The translations under genes were made by a program, and so were the position numbers. The notes below the pieces were generated by a model. That model saw nothing but the letters and a program-made list of their open reading frames with translations, was not told the DNA's origin and did not search any database. A stretch of DNA of 64,000 bases from a virus (Duplodnaviria; Caudoviricetes): the IMG/VR virus record IMGVR_UViG_3300029305_003800, positions 35,787 to 99,786 of that record. One strand, 5' to 3'. Position 1 is the stretch's first letter. The number at the start of each line of letters is the position of its first letter. Shown here one piece after another: positions 29,715 through 39,826 of the stretch.

Positions 29715-30152
29715 GTGAAAGAAGTTACAATCTATACAGATGGTGCTTGTAAGCAGAATTCTACAAGAGTTGGAGGATGGGGATGTGTCTTAATTTATAA
29801 AGAAAACTATTTTAAGAAATTCTCAGGAAGAGTAGAAAATACAACAAATAGTAGGATGGAAATACAAGCAGTAATAGAGGGATTAAAGAGATTAAAAGAA
29901 CCATGTGAAGTTTTAATTATATCTGACAATCTTTATGTAGTAAATACTATAAATGAGTGGTTAGATGATTGGATAGAGATGGGAGAATATCCATACAAAG
30001 CAAATACTGATCAATGGGACGAGTTTATAGAATTAAGAAAGATACATAAAGTTACTGCAAAACATGTCAGAGGTCATCATGGTGTATACTATAATGAAAT
30101 CTGTGATAAGTTGGCAACAAATGCAATTAAAGGAGATATTGTAAATGGATAA
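29715..30152 (+). CDS. rnhA: ribonuclease HI
   Basis: YTDGAC, GGWG, TTNSRME, ISD..YV, HVRGH.G..YNE.CD.LA. Confidence 0.93.
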   Translation: MKEVTIYTDGACKQNSTRVGGWGCVLIYKENYFKKFSGRVENTTNSRMEIQAVIEGLKRLKEPCEVLIISDNLYVVNTINEWLDDWIEMGEYPYKANTDQWDEFIELRKIHKVTAKHVRGHHGVYYNEICDKLATNAIKGDIVNG

Positions 30153-31188
30153 TTTAGAGAAATTAATAGCAGATCTTAATAAAAAGAGTAAGAATTCTGT
30201 TAGATTTGGAGAACCAGATTTTACTGATATTCCAAGAATTCCTATGAATAATGTCAACTTAGAGTATTTATTTAGAGGTGGATTACCAGAAAATATAATG
30301 TATGAATTATACGGAAATCCCTCATGTGGTAAATCATTGTTAGCCTATTCAATGTTGGCAGAATGGCAGAAGAAAGAAGAAAATAAAGAAAGAAAAGCAG
30401 TTATATTTGACTATGAAACTTCACATACAGATAAGTGGGCAACCACACTTGGTGTAGATATGAATAAAGTCATAATTTGGCAACCAATGAATAATGAAAG
30501 TGCAGAGGAACTATTTGATATAATAATTCAATTTGCAGATACAGGAGAAATTGGATTTATGATTTTAGATTCAGTTGGATCTCTTGTTCCGAAAGCAAGA
30601 AAAAATAAAGATTCATTTGAAGAAAAAATTATGGGAGGTATTGCTGCACCATTAACAGATTTTGTAAATGAATTTAATTCACGCAGAACAAAATATGGCA
30701 TAACATTTGTAGCAATAAATCAAATAAGAGAAGATTTTCAAAATCAATATTCAAAGGGAAATTCTCCAGGTGGTAAGGCATTCAAACATCATTGTGGCAT
30801 AAGATTAGTATTATCTGCTTGTGAGTATTTTGATTATAAAGGAAATACATGTAGTCAATATTCAGATGCTGCAGGACATCATATTGCAATAGTTGTAGAG
30901 AAGAATAAAGTCACCACAAATGACAGAAAAAGAACAACAATAACATTTAGATATACTTCAGGAATAGATAATTTTAGAGATAATATAGATTTTGCAGTAT
31001 TACATGGATTTATAAAAGGGTCAGGAGCATGGTATGAAATTGTGGATTATACTACAGGAGAGGTATTACCAAAGAAATTAAATGGAATGAAACAAGTTTA
31101 TGAATTTTATAAAACCAATGAGGATCAATATAATTCACTTTATAATAAATTAAGAGAATTCGTCAAGGAGGAAAATAATGGAATATAA
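30145..31188 (+). CDS. recA: RecA-like recombinase
   Basis: GGLP, ELYGNPSCGKS, ILDSVGSL, INQIRE, PGGKAFKH, KNKV, GAWY. Confidence 0.92.
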   Translation: MDNLEKLIADLNKKSKNSVRFGEPDFTDIPRIPMNNVNLEYLFRGGLPENIMYELYGNPSCGKSLLAYSMLAEWQKKEENKERKAVIFDYETSHTDKWATTLGVDMNKVIIWQPMNNESAEELFDIIIQFADTGEIGFMILDSVGSLVPKARKNKDSFEEKIMGGIAAPLTDFVNEFNSRRTKYGITFVAINQIREDFQNQYSKGNSPGGKAFKHHCGIRLVLSACEYFDYKGNTCSQYSDAAGHHIAIVVEKNKVTTNDRKRTTITFRYTSGIDNFRDNIDFAVLHGFIKGSGAWYEIVDYTTGEVLPKKLNGMKQVYEFYKTNEDQYNSLYNKLREFVKEENNGI

Positions 31189-31828
31189 GAAACCAGAAAT
31201 TAGTGCAGAACAACGAGAAAAGAATAAAGCAGAATTTATAAAGATATTTAAGGAACTTATTATACCAGCATATAATGGAGCAGATAAATTATTAGAGTGG
31301 ATTGAGAAATCTGACTTCTTTGAAAGTCCTGCATCTACAATGTATCATTCTTGCTGTTTAGGTGGATTATGTCAGCATACATTGAATGTATATAAAAGAT
31401 TGACAAAACTTGTAACAGAAGAATATGGAGATAAATTTGAAGAATATCTTGAAGTAGATAGAGCAGGACTCGCATTAATAGCATTATGCCATGACTTATG
31501 TAAAGCAAATTCATATTCACTTGAATATAGAAATACAAAAGATGCTTCAGGAAATTGGATAAAAGAACCATACTTCAAATATGATTCTGCATTTGAATAC
31601 GGACATGGAGAAAAGTCAGTTTATATTGTTCAAACATTTATAACAGGACTATATATGGCAGAGGCATTGGGAATAAGATATCATATGGGAGCATCAGGAA
31701 ATCCAAATGGCCAAATTAGAGATGATAATGCTCTGAAAATGATGGAACAATTCCCTATTATTCTATTTATAAATATGGCAGACATGGAAGCAACATATTT
31801 GGATGAAAGGAGAGAACCAAAAGAATGA
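31178..31828 (+). CDS. HD-domain phosphohydrolase
   Basis: PAS..YH....GGL..H, CHDLCK, GHGEKS, IRYHMG, ADM. Confidence 0.85.
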   Translation: MEYKKPEISAEQREKNKAEFIKIFKELIIPAYNGADKLLEWIEKSDFFESPASTMYHSCCLGGLCQHTLNVYKRLTKLVTEEYGDKFEEYLEVDRAGLALIALCHDLCKANSYSLEYRNTKDASGNWIKEPYFKYDSAFEYGHGEKSVYIVQTFITGLYMAEALGIRYHMGASGNPNGQIRDDNALKMMEQFPIILFINMADMEATYLDERREPKE

Positions 31829-32196
31829 GTGGAGCATTTGAATTCTTAAAACATTATGAAGGAAAAGTTACAATAGATGGAGTAAAAGCGACTCCTGAAA
31901 TGATTGATAATTTAGATAATGTTGAGAATGCAGAAATTCATATGATTCCTAAAGGCATGTGCGAAGAAAGTAAATTTAGAATTTATGTAAGACCATGGAT
32001 GGCGAATGATTCAGGAAATTTAGATTTTCATCAAAGATGGAATAATGGAATTCCAATGCCAGACAGAGAAATGAAGGGAAAAATACTTGCAGAAACTCCT
32101 GGAATGTTAAAGATGGAATTGTGGTCAATGGATAACAAACAGCATTGGATAGGTTATGTAAGTAAATCAGCAATAATGGAGATGGAGGAAATATAG
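31825..32196 (+). CDS. hypothetical protein
   Basis: coupled ORF (ATGA overlap). Confidence 0.65.
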   Translation: MSGAFEFLKHYEGKVTIDGVKATPEMIDNLDNVENAEIHMIPKGMCEESKFRIYVRPWMANDSGNLDFHQRWNNGIPMPDREMKGKILAETPGMLKMELWSMDNKQHWIGYVSKSAIMEMEEI

Positions 32197-32197
32197 T

Positions 32198-32464
32198 ATG
32201 GAAGAACCAAAGTTCTTAGTTAAGTATTCATATGATGGTAGAATAACACTACCTAGGGAAATACGAAGAGTAATGCGAGTTCCAGGTGGTAAAGGAATTA
32301 GTTTATCTATTTATATGGATGGAGATAAGATAATTATAGAACAACCTACAAATAGATGTCAATTTTGCGGAATTAAAACAGAAAATAAAATTGATATAGG
32401 AAAGTTTGAAACTTATATATGTAATAATTGTTGTAAGAAGATACATGAAACAGTGGAGGAATAA
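32198..32464 (+). CDS. AbrB-family transcriptional regulator with C-terminal zinc ribbon
   Basis: GRITLPREIRR...IYMDGDKIII...CQFCG...ICNNC. Confidence 0.8.
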   Translation: MEEPKFLVKYSYDGRITLPREIRRVMRVPGGKGISLSIYMDGDKIIIEQPTNRCQFCGIKTENKIDIGKFETYICNNCCKKIHETVEE

Positions 32465-32465
32465 T

Positions 32466-32819
32466 ATGCAGGATAAATCTACAAAATATTATTCAAACAA
32501 GCAGGAAAAGGCAGTTGCAAGGTCTCTAAAGGGACATCAAGTAGGAGGATCTGGAGCGAGTGTATTTTCAAAGGGAGATGTATCTTTAGATCATATTCTT
32601 GTAGAATGCAAAACAAGTATGACAGAAAAGTCATCTTATTCTGTTAAGAAATCAGTGTTAGATAAAGCACATAAAGAGGCAAAAATAATGCATAAGTTCT
32701 TTTCAATATTAGCATTTAATTTTGGTCCAGATACTGATAATTATTATGTTATAGATGAAGAAACAATGAAATATCTTGCAAATAAGATTGAAGAAGATTA
32801 TAAAGATGTTACAATATAA
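32466..32819 (+). CDS. PD-(D/E)xK nuclease / Holliday junction resolvase-like
   Basis: QEKAVA...SGA...KGDV...LVECKT; GGAGG RBS before ATG 32466. Confidence 0.7.
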   Translation: MQDKSTKYYSNKQEKAVARSLKGHQVGGSGASVFSKGDVSLDHILVECKTSMTEKSSYSVKKSVLDKAHKEAKIMHKFFSILAFNFGPDTDNYYVIDEETMKYLANKIEEDYKDVTI

Positions 32820-32833
32820 AATAGGAGGAAAGC

Positions 32834-33862
32834 ATGGCAATTATACCTTTATATACAACTTATAGATCTCACACATTTGAAGATGTTGTAGAGCAAACAA
32901 ATGTAGTAAGTGTATTATTAAATCAATTAAAGACAGGAACAGTTAGAAATGGTTATTTATTTGTTGGACCATCTGGAACAGGAAAAACAACAATAGGAAG
33001 AATCTTAGCGAGAGCAATAAATAAGGGTGATGGTGGACTTATAGAAATGGATGCTGCATCAAATAATGGTGTAGAAGACATGAGAGGAGTTATTGAAAAA
33101 GCAAATTATCAAGCATTAGATGCAGAATATAAAGTATTTATAATTGATGAATGTCATATGCTCAGCATCAGTGCTTGGAATGCAATGTTAAAAACATTAG
33201 AAGAACCACCAGCAAAAGCAATATTTATATTTTGCACAACTGATCCACAAAAGATCCCTGCAACTATAATTAACAGAGTTCAAAGATTTGATTTAACTAG
33301 AATATCCTACAAAGGAATATTTGACAGATTAAAATATATTATTTCAAAGGAAAATGAAAAGGGCAGAAATCTTGTTGTATCAGACGATGTTATAGACTAT
33401 ATATCTAAACTAGCAAATGGTGGAATGAGAGATGCTATTTCAATGTTAGATAAATGTTTAAGTCTTAAGTCAGAATTAGAATTAAAAGATGCAGTAAGTA
33501 TTTTGGGAAGTGTAGACTATGATGAACTATTAAATTTATTCTTTTCAATGTATAATTGTAATGAGGCAAATGTCATTAAGATTATTGATGATTTATATAA
33601 CAATGGAAAAGATTTGAAATTATTTATCCGTCAATATACTAACTTTTTAGCAGACTTATGTAAATACAAACTATTTGGAAATTTTGATTATATATCAATT
33701 CCAAAGTTATATGAAACTCAACTTGAAAGAGTTAAAAATTCTGATGGCGAAATATTAAAGCATTTACTAGATAAAGTAAACGAATTAAATTCAAAGATAA
33801 AATATGAAAGTGTAGTTCTACCAGTTGTAGAAACAGAATTGTTATTATTAAGTAGAGAATAG
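32834..33862 (+). CDS. dnaX: clamp loader, DNA polymerase III gamma/tau-like
   Basis: LY..YR..TFEDVV.Q, GPSGTGKTT, EMDAASNNGV, IIDECHML, LKTLEEPP, GGMRDA. Confidence 0.93.
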   Translation: MAIIPLYTTYRSHTFEDVVEQTNVVSVLLNQLKTGTVRNGYLFVGPSGTGKTTIGRILARAINKGDGGLIEMDAASNNGVEDMRGVIEKANYQALDAEYKVFIIDECHMLSISAWNAMLKTLEEPPAKAIFIFCTTDPQKIPATIINRVQRFDLTRISYKGIFDRLKYIISKENEKGRNLVVSDDVIDYISKLANGGMRDAISMLDKCLSLKSELELKDAVSILGSVDYDELLNLFFSMYNCNEANVIKIIDDLYNNGKDLKLFIRQYTNFLADLCKYKLFGNFDYISIPKLYETQLERVKNSDGEILKHLLDKVNELNSKIKYESVVLPVVETELLLLSRE

Positions 33863-33873
33863 AGGAGAGTGTA

Positions 33874-34671
33874 ATGATAGGTCAAAATAGATTTAAGGAA
33901 AAAGTCAGTGAATTTATAGACAATAAAAGATTCCCTCTATTTTCTATTTTGGTAGGACAAAAGGGAATTGGTAAGAAAACTGCTTGTAAATATATTGCTC
34001 AACAACTTGGATGTCAGTATATAATTTGGGAAAATAAAATTGACGACATTAGAGAATTAAAATTAATAATGGAAAGTCAAGATCAGGAAATTATTTATGT
34101 AATACCAGATTATGAAGATATGTCTCCAGGAGCAAGAAACTCAATTCTAAAGATTTGCGAAGAACCACCTAGAAATGCTCATATTATTCTAACATCCTAT
34201 TCAAAAGAAATTATAATTCCAACAATTATAGGAAGAGGAACAGTGTTTGAGTTAGATCCTTACACTGATTCAGAATTATTAGAGATTATACATCAAGATA
34301 ATTTGGATGATTCAATTTTGGATTTATGTTCAGTTCCTGGAGAATTAAGTATAGCGAAAGAAACAAATGTTGAAGAATTCAAGACATTTGTAGATTCAGT
34401 TTGGAATAATATAAAGAAAGCAAGTGCAGGGAACTTATTAAAAGTAACAAATAAGATAAAACTAAAAGAAGATGGTAAGGGATATGATCTAAATTTATTT
34501 ATAAATTATTTATATAAATTAAATTCAGCAGAAGAAACTAGTAAAGAGAAATTAAGAATATTTACTGAGATATTGGAGGCACGAAGAAGTATTCAACTGA
34601 AATACAATAAACAGTATTTGTTAGATAATTTACTATTAAATATAAGGAGTATTAAAAATGGAACTTTATGA
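33874..34671 (+). CDS. holB: clamp loader delta-prime-like subunit
   Basis: MIGQ, G..GIGKKT, NSILKICEEPP, IIPTI.GR. Confidence 0.78.
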   Translation: MIGQNRFKEKVSEFIDNKRFPLFSILVGQKGIGKKTACKYIAQQLGCQYIIWENKIDDIRELKLIMESQDQEIIYVIPDYEDMSPGARNSILKICEEPPRNAHIILTSYSKEIIIPTIIGRGTVFELDPYTDSELLEIIHQDNLDDSILDLCSVPGELSIAKETNVEEFKTFVDSVWNNIKKASAGNLLKVTNKIKLKEDGKGYDLNLFINYLYKLNSAEETSKEKLRIFTEILEARRSIQLKYNKQYLLDNLLLNIRSIKNGTL

Positions 34672-35605
34672 GATACAAAATTTACTTAGACAAAATATAA
34701 AACCAAAATTCCTTGTATTTGTTGGATCAGATTATGCTATAGCAAATAGTTATATAGATAACTTTTCAAAGTTTTATAATTTACCAAAACAGAGTTTAGA
34801 AGATATAACTAAATTAAAATCTTTGTGTCAAGGAAATGAGATGTTTTCAGAAGATAAATTATATGTAATGAAGTATCCAAAAGATATTGCTTCTCATGAA
34901 GATATATTTAGTTCTTGTAAAGATTTTATGGGAAATAACATGTTAATTGTAGTTTTATCTGATATAGATAAGAGAACAAAATTCTATAAATTCCTTGAAG
35001 GAGATATATTAGAAACATGTGGTGGAGTTGTAGAATGTAATCCACAAGATCTGAAAACATTTAGACAGATGATAGAAGGAACAACAAAGTTATCTTCAGA
35101 TGGAGTAAAATTATTAGCAGAAATTTGTGAAAATAATTTAGGAAAGTTTAGATTAGAATTGAATAAAGTTCAATGTTATGCTTCAGAAAGGAATGTTACA
35201 GAAGATGAAGCATTACAAGAACTAATTAAATCTGGAACAATTTATACGGCAAATAAAGATGTATTATTTGAGTTTATTGGGAGAGTTATATCTGCTAAAA
35301 ATAACATGTATGAATTGTATGAGATACTTAAAAAGCAAGAAGAAAGTAATCTGAAATTAATAAGTCTATTATATACAACATTTAGAAATCAATTTATTTG
35401 TGAAACTGTTATTCAACCTACCCAGGAGTCTACAGGATTAACTCCATTTATACTAAATCAGTGCTTAAGAAGAAAAGGTATTTATTCTCAAGCAGATTTA
35501 AGAAAAGCATTGAGTCTTATCTTAAAATTAGAGCAAGGAGTAAAGAGTGGTCTGTTTGAAGAAAAGCAAATTATAGATTACTTTTTAGCACAATTATTGT
35601 TATGA
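34658..35605 (+). CDS. holA: clamp loader delta-like subunit
   Basis: DKRTKFYK, ELNKV, C-terminal KSG pattern; follows dnaX/holB. Confidence 0.7.
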   Translation: MELYEIQNLLRQNIKPKFLVFVGSDYAIANSYIDNFSKFYNLPKQSLEDITKLKSLCQGNEMFSEDKLYVMKYPKDIASHEDIFSSCKDFMGNNMLIVVLSDIDKRTKFYKFLEGDILETCGGVVECNPQDLKTFRQMIEGTTKLSSDGVKLLAEICENNLGKFRLELNKVQCYASERNVTEDEALQELIKSGTIYTANKDVLFEFIGRVISAKNNMYELYEILKKQEESNLKLISLLYTTFRNQFICETVIQPTQESTGLTPFILNQCLRRKGIYSQADLRKALSLILKLEQGVKSGLFEEKQIIDYFLAQLLL

Positions 35606-35889
35606 ATTCATTAATATGGAGTGATTATATGGAAGAAGAAATGATATCTGTAATAATGACAACTTTTGGTGTAGATGAACAGTTAGCACAGGAACTATTT
35701 AATAAGTGTGGTTACAATTTACGAAAGGTAAAGAGATATTTATCAAGGAGAGTAAAAGAAAAATTAGCACCAATAAAGTGTTTATGTTGTGGGAGAAAAT
35801 TAACAGATCCAAAATCAATAAAAAGAGGATATGGAGATGAATGTTACAAAAGAGTAAAATTCAATTATCATGAAGATTTATTTCAGTGA
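35602..35889 (+). CDS. DUF6011-like zinc-finger protein
   Basis: CLCCGRKLTDPKSIKRGYGDEC. Confidence 0.7.
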   Translation: MNSLIWSDYMEEEMISVIMTTFGVDEQLAQELFNKCGYNLRKVKRYLSRRVKEKLAPIKCLCCGRKLTDPKSIKRGYGDECYKRVKFNYHEDLFQ

Positions 35890-35897
35890 GGTGATAT

Positions 35898-36386
35898 ATG
35901 CTCGATGAAACAAAGCAAAAATTAGTAGAAGATAATATAAGATTAGTATATCACATCGCTAATAAATACAATTGTAAGGATGAAGATACTTTACAGTATG
36001 GATTATATGGGTTATGTAAGGCAGCAGATTTATATGATCCAAATAGAGGAGTAAAGTTTTCAACATTTGCTTATAACTATATTATTAATTGGATGAAAGG
36101 AACTTATAGTGACATAAAAGAAAGACAAAATACAAAGGAATATTTAGAAACATCTATTGATTTGAGTTATATTATATTAGAGGATAATTCTGCCAGAGAA
36201 GAGTATTTACGAATTTATAGTTGTGCATCTCATAAAATGCAGAAAGTCCTGGATTTATTATATCGTGGTTACACACAGCAGGAGATAGCAAAAGAATTTA
36301 ATGTCAGTAAATCTTCTGTGTGTAGATGGATTTCAAAGTTTAAGGAGGAAATAAATAATGAAAGAAACCAAACAAGAAAAAGATAA
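35898..36386 (+). CDS. RNA polymerase sigma-70 family factor
   Basis: LVEDNIRLVYHIANKY, GLCKAA..YDPNRGVKFSTFAY, region 4 YTQQEIAKEFNVSKSSVCRW. Confidence 0.9.
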   Translation: MLDETKQKLVEDNIRLVYHIANKYNCKDEDTLQYGLYGLCKAADLYDPNRGVKFSTFAYNYIINWMKGTYSDIKERQNTKEYLETSIDLSYIILEDNSAREEYLRIYSCASHKMQKVLDLLYRGYTQQEIAKEFNVSKSSVCRWISKFKEEINNERNQTRKR

Positions 36387-36969
36387 GTTAGATGAGTTGG
36401 ATTTAAGTGTAGTTGAAGGACAATTAAATACTGAAGAAGTAAAAGAAGAGGATGTTGTTGAAACCACTGAAAATGGCTCTGAAACCAATGAAACAGAAAA
36501 CAAGGGAGTCGAACCAGCAGAGGAAGAAAGTGTTGAGGAAGACAATTCAGAACCTAATTCAACCAATTTAGAACAAGAGAATGAAGAAAAACAGGAAGAA
36601 GTTGAAGAGAAGACTGAAGAAACTAAATTAGAAGACAAAGAAATAGAAAAGATTGAAGAACCAGAAAAGATAAAACCTAAAACATATGAATGTAAAGAGA
36701 CTAAACATAGATTTGATCCAGCAGATAAGGTATTTGTAGCAGACTTTAGAAATGTTAGAGATGATAAAGGATATGTAAAAATCCAAAATCAATATAGATT
36801 TGCTCCACTTGAAGGAGAAATTGAAAAAGTAATTATTACAAGAGAGAGTGATGAAAAAATTGTTCAATATAAGTTGAAGAATAAAGCAGGATCTCTTTAT
36901 GATGAAGAAGATGTGTGTGCAACATATGAAGAGGCAGAAGAACTTTGTAAAGAAAAGAACAGAGGTTAA
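36358..36969 (+). CDS. acidic hypothetical protein
   Basis: AAGGAGG RBS; Glu-rich N-terminal half. Confidence 0.65.
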   Translation: MKETKQEKDKLDELDLSVVEGQLNTEEVKEEDVVETTENGSETNETENKGVEPAEEESVEEDNSEPNSTNLEQENEEKQEEVEEKTEETKLEDKEIEKIEEPEKIKPKTYECKETKHRFDPADKVFVADFRNVRDDKGYVKIQNQYRFAPLEGEIEKVIITRESDEKIVQYKLKNKAGSLYDEEDVCATYEEAEELCKEKNRG

Positions 36970-36971
36970 TT

Positions 36972-37847
36972 ATGGAAGATAATGAGATTATTATATCTAG
37001 TGATGAAATAGTATCTCAGAGTTTACCAGAGAATGTAAGAGAGTTTAGAAATAAACTTATAAAGTATAAAGTTCCTGAAGTAGATCAATATGGAGATGGA
37101 TTCCTTGCTCAAGCATATTTAGCAGCAAAGAGTTCTACAACAGGAACTTATGCTTCAATAAGGAAAGAATTAAAACTTGATAATCTGACATTTCAGTATT
37201 ATATGGAGAATTATCCTGACTTTGTTGCAGCAATAAAGATAGGATTATACGACAGTAGAAAAGAAAAGTTATCTGATTTAGAAGGATCATTGCTATCTAG
37301 AGCAATGGGAGTAGAGGTAGAAGAAACAAAGGTAGAAGAGTCTGGAATAGTTGATGAGGACGGTAATATGAAAAATATTGCTAGAAAGAAAACAGTCACT
37401 AAGAAACAAATTCCACCAGATGTAAATGCTATAATGACATTATTACAGAAGATGGATCCATCATATAATCCAAAATCAACATTAGATATAAATATAAATC
37501 AAACATTAAATGTAGAAGAAGATATAAATGTAAATGTTGATTATAGAATGTTGTCTACAACTGCAATAAAAGAATTGTTAGAAAGTAATAAACTACCTCA
37601 AAATAATGAAGTGAATAAAACTCCAGATGGAAAGTCAGTAAGATTCTTAGGTGAAGATGGAGAAAAGAAACTAGAGAAAAGAAGAGAAAAATTAGATACA
37701 TATAAAGAACAACGAAAAATAAGAGAACGAAAAGAAAAAGAAGAGAATAAAAACAAAAAGAAGAGAGTGATGTCTGCAGAAACCAGAGCGAAGATATCTG
37801 AAGCAATGAAGAATAGATATAAAAAGAATGTCACGGAGGAGAGTTAA
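36972..37847 (+). CDS. terminase small subunit-like protein with C-terminal NUMOD3-like motif
   Basis: YPDFVAAIK.G...LEGSLLSRAMG.EVEE...TKKQIPPDVNA; MSAETRAKISEAMK. Confidence 0.6.
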   Translation: MEDNEIIISSDEIVSQSLPENVREFRNKLIKYKVPEVDQYGDGFLAQAYLAAKSSTTGTYASIRKELKLDNLTFQYYMENYPDFVAAIKIGLYDSRKEKLSDLEGSLLSRAMGVEVEETKVEESGIVDEDGNMKNIARKKTVTKKQIPPDVNAIMTLLQKMDPSYNPKSTLDININQTLNVEEDINVNVDYRMLSTTAIKELLESNKLPQNNEVNKTPDGKSVRFLGEDGEKKLEKRREKLDTYKEQRKIRERKEKEENKNKKKRVMSAETRAKISEAMKNRYKKNVTEES

Positions 37848-38350
37848 TGCAGAAGTATTTAAGAGGTCAAATATGGTGGTGTAAGAATAGTTATGATGTA
37901 AATAACGGAGAAAGAGAGTTAGATCTAACTGATAAACAAAAATTATTTGATCACATACAGAAAGGTTCAAGACCAGTTTTAATTATATCAAACGACACAG
38001 GAAATAAATATTCAGACACATTACAGATAATTCCGTGCACAAGTTCAGAAAAGACAAATTTACCAACTCATTGTTCTTTATATATAAATAAAGTAAAAAA
38101 CACATTTTTATGTGAACAGATTAAAACAATTAATAAATCAGATTTAACAACATATTTAATAACCTTAGATGCTACAGAAATGGCAAAGATTGAAGAATGT
38201 TCTCAAATAGCATTGGGAATAATAAAACCAACACAATATACAAAAATATCTATTGGAGTTGAGCAAGAAGAAGAAAACATTAGAATAATTCAGGAGGAAG
38301 ATAATGGAAGAATTAACACAAACACAGATATTCATGATCGGAAAGATTAA
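37847..38350 (+). CDS. PemK/MazF-family endoribonuclease-like protein
   Basis: RGQIWW, QKGSRPVLIISND.GN, IIPCTS, LPTH, CEQIKTI.K. Confidence 0.82.
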   Translation: MQKYLRGQIWWCKNSYDVNNGERELDLTDKQKLFDHIQKGSRPVLIISNDTGNKYSDTLQIIPCTSSEKTNLPTHCSLYINKVKNTFLCEQIKTINKSDLTTYLITLDATEMAKIEECSQIALGIIKPTQYTKISIGVEQEEENIRIIQEEDNGRINTNTDIHDRKD

Positions 38351-38948
38351 TGAAGCAATAGTAGATGTAAAAACTAAGATGAAAACAGCAAATGATGCTG
38401 AAAAACCAAAATTGAGAATTAGGTTAAAACAACTTGAAGATCAATTAGAAAATGCAAAGAAACCAGTTCATAGAACAGAAAAAGAAAAGGAGTTAATAAA
38501 TAAGATGGCAGATAAAATTAAAGAAAATGCAGATGTAGTCGCAGGAGACAAAATTGAAGGAACAAAGTCAGATACAAAATTGACACCGAAAGAAGATTTC
38601 AAATATAAACTTACAGCATATGTAAATGATAATAAAAACAAAATTGTAGAATTAAAGAAAGTTATAGCAGTTCAAGAAGAAGTATTACAAACACTTGAAG
38701 CACATGAACCAGTATCAGAAGAACCTTTATACAAACAGAATGTAAATCAAATTAAAGATAATATTCTTAAATTGAAAGTCTCTGTTAAATCAATGGAAGA
38801 TAGAGTTAATAATGCAGGAATTATTGAAGAAGTTATTGAAAATTATGATTTAATTAAAAGATTTAACATATTCTTGGGAAATGTTTTAGGTCTAGCAGAT
38901 TATGAAGAATATGCAGAAGGAATTAAGAAAGAATTGGAGGAAAAATAA
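38304..38948 (+). CDS. coiled-coil hypothetical protein
   Basis: AGGAGG RBS. Confidence 0.65.
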   Translation: MEELTQTQIFMIGKINEAIVDVKTKMKTANDAEKPKLRIRLKQLEDQLENAKKPVHRTEKEKELINKMADKIKENADVVAGDKIEGTKSDTKLTPKEDFKYKLTAYVNDNKNKIVELKKVIAVQEEVLQTLEAHEPVSEEPLYKQNVNQIKDNILKLKVSVKSMEDRVNNAGIIEEVIENYDLIKRFNIFLGNVLGLADYEEYAEGIKKELEEK

Positions 38949-38949
38949 G

Positions 38950-39159
38950 ATGCAAGTAAAAGAAATTGAAGAATTTATTAAGCAACAACAAGAACAATTA
39001 CAAGTAAATGCTAAAATAGAGAAAGCAAAAATTGAAGGATTCTATCAAGGTGCAGCAGTAGCCTTAAATACTGTTGAATCTTATATGACTCAAAGACAAA
39101 AAGAAGAAGAAACTAAGAAAGCAGAAAAAGCAGCAGAGAAAGCAAGCGATAAGAAATAA
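38950..39159 (+). CDS. hypothetical protein
   Basis: GGAGG RBS before ATG 38950. Confidence 0.6.
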   Translation: MQVKEIEEFIKQQQEQLQVNAKIEKAKIEGFYQGAAVALNTVESYMTQRQKEEETKKAEKAAEKASDKK

Positions 39160-39170
39160 GGAGATATCTT

Positions 39171-39545
39171 ATGAAGATAACTAATTATCCAAAAGTGTCA
39201 AAATTACATTGTTCTAAATGTGGTGCAGAATTTGAATTAAATAAGTTAGATCTAAAGAAACATGCACTATATTCTGATGGAGTGTTAGATGAGGCACTCG
39301 TAGTAAAATGTCCTATATGTTGTGATGAACAATACTTATCAACATTTGAATCAAATTTAAGATCTTTGGTATATGGAAAGATTTGTCACATATTTGAAGA
39401 AAAATCAGTAGAATTAAGAGAAAATAAATCAAAGTATACTAAAGAAACAGCAGTGCTATTAAATGCTCTTAGTGAAGAAGTGCTTGATGCTATAGAGAAT
39501 ATAGAAATAGAACTTGGTGAAGAAATAGTAGTTGAGGAGGAATAA
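39171..39545 (+). CDS. zinc-ribbon hypothetical protein
   Basis: CSKCG...CPIC. Confidence 0.6.
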   Translation: MKITNYPKVSKLHCSKCGAEFELNKLDLKKHALYSDGVLDEALVVKCPICCDEQYLSTFESNLRSLVYGKICHIFEEKSVELRENKSKYTKETAVLLNALSEEVLDAIENIEIELGEEIVVEEE

Positions 39546-39549
39546 TAAG

Positions 39550-39810
39550 ATGACTCGTGCGAAGTGGAAAGAAGAAGTGTTAGAATTTTTAGAATTAGTA
39601 GCAAAGAATCATTATGTAGATAAATCTAAAGCAAAGAGATTACTTGAAGAAAATGAAGAATTAGATAAAGTAGCAGAGCAAAAGAGAAAAAGTAATGAAA
39701 AGAGAAGATTAATGCAAAAGGTTAATGGCACTGAAACAATAAAAGTAAATAAAGCAAAGAATGAGGAATTGAAGTCATTATTGTCAAAAGCATTGGAGTG
39801 TATAGAATAA
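39550..39810 (+). CDS. hypothetical protein
   Basis: GAGGAGG RBS before ATG 39550. Confidence 0.55.
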   Translation: MTRAKWKEEVLEFLELVAKNHYVDKSKAKRLLEENEELDKVAEQKRKSNEKRRLMQKVNGTETIKVNKAKNEELKSLLSKALECIE

Positions 39811-39826
39811 TACACAAGGAGGATAT

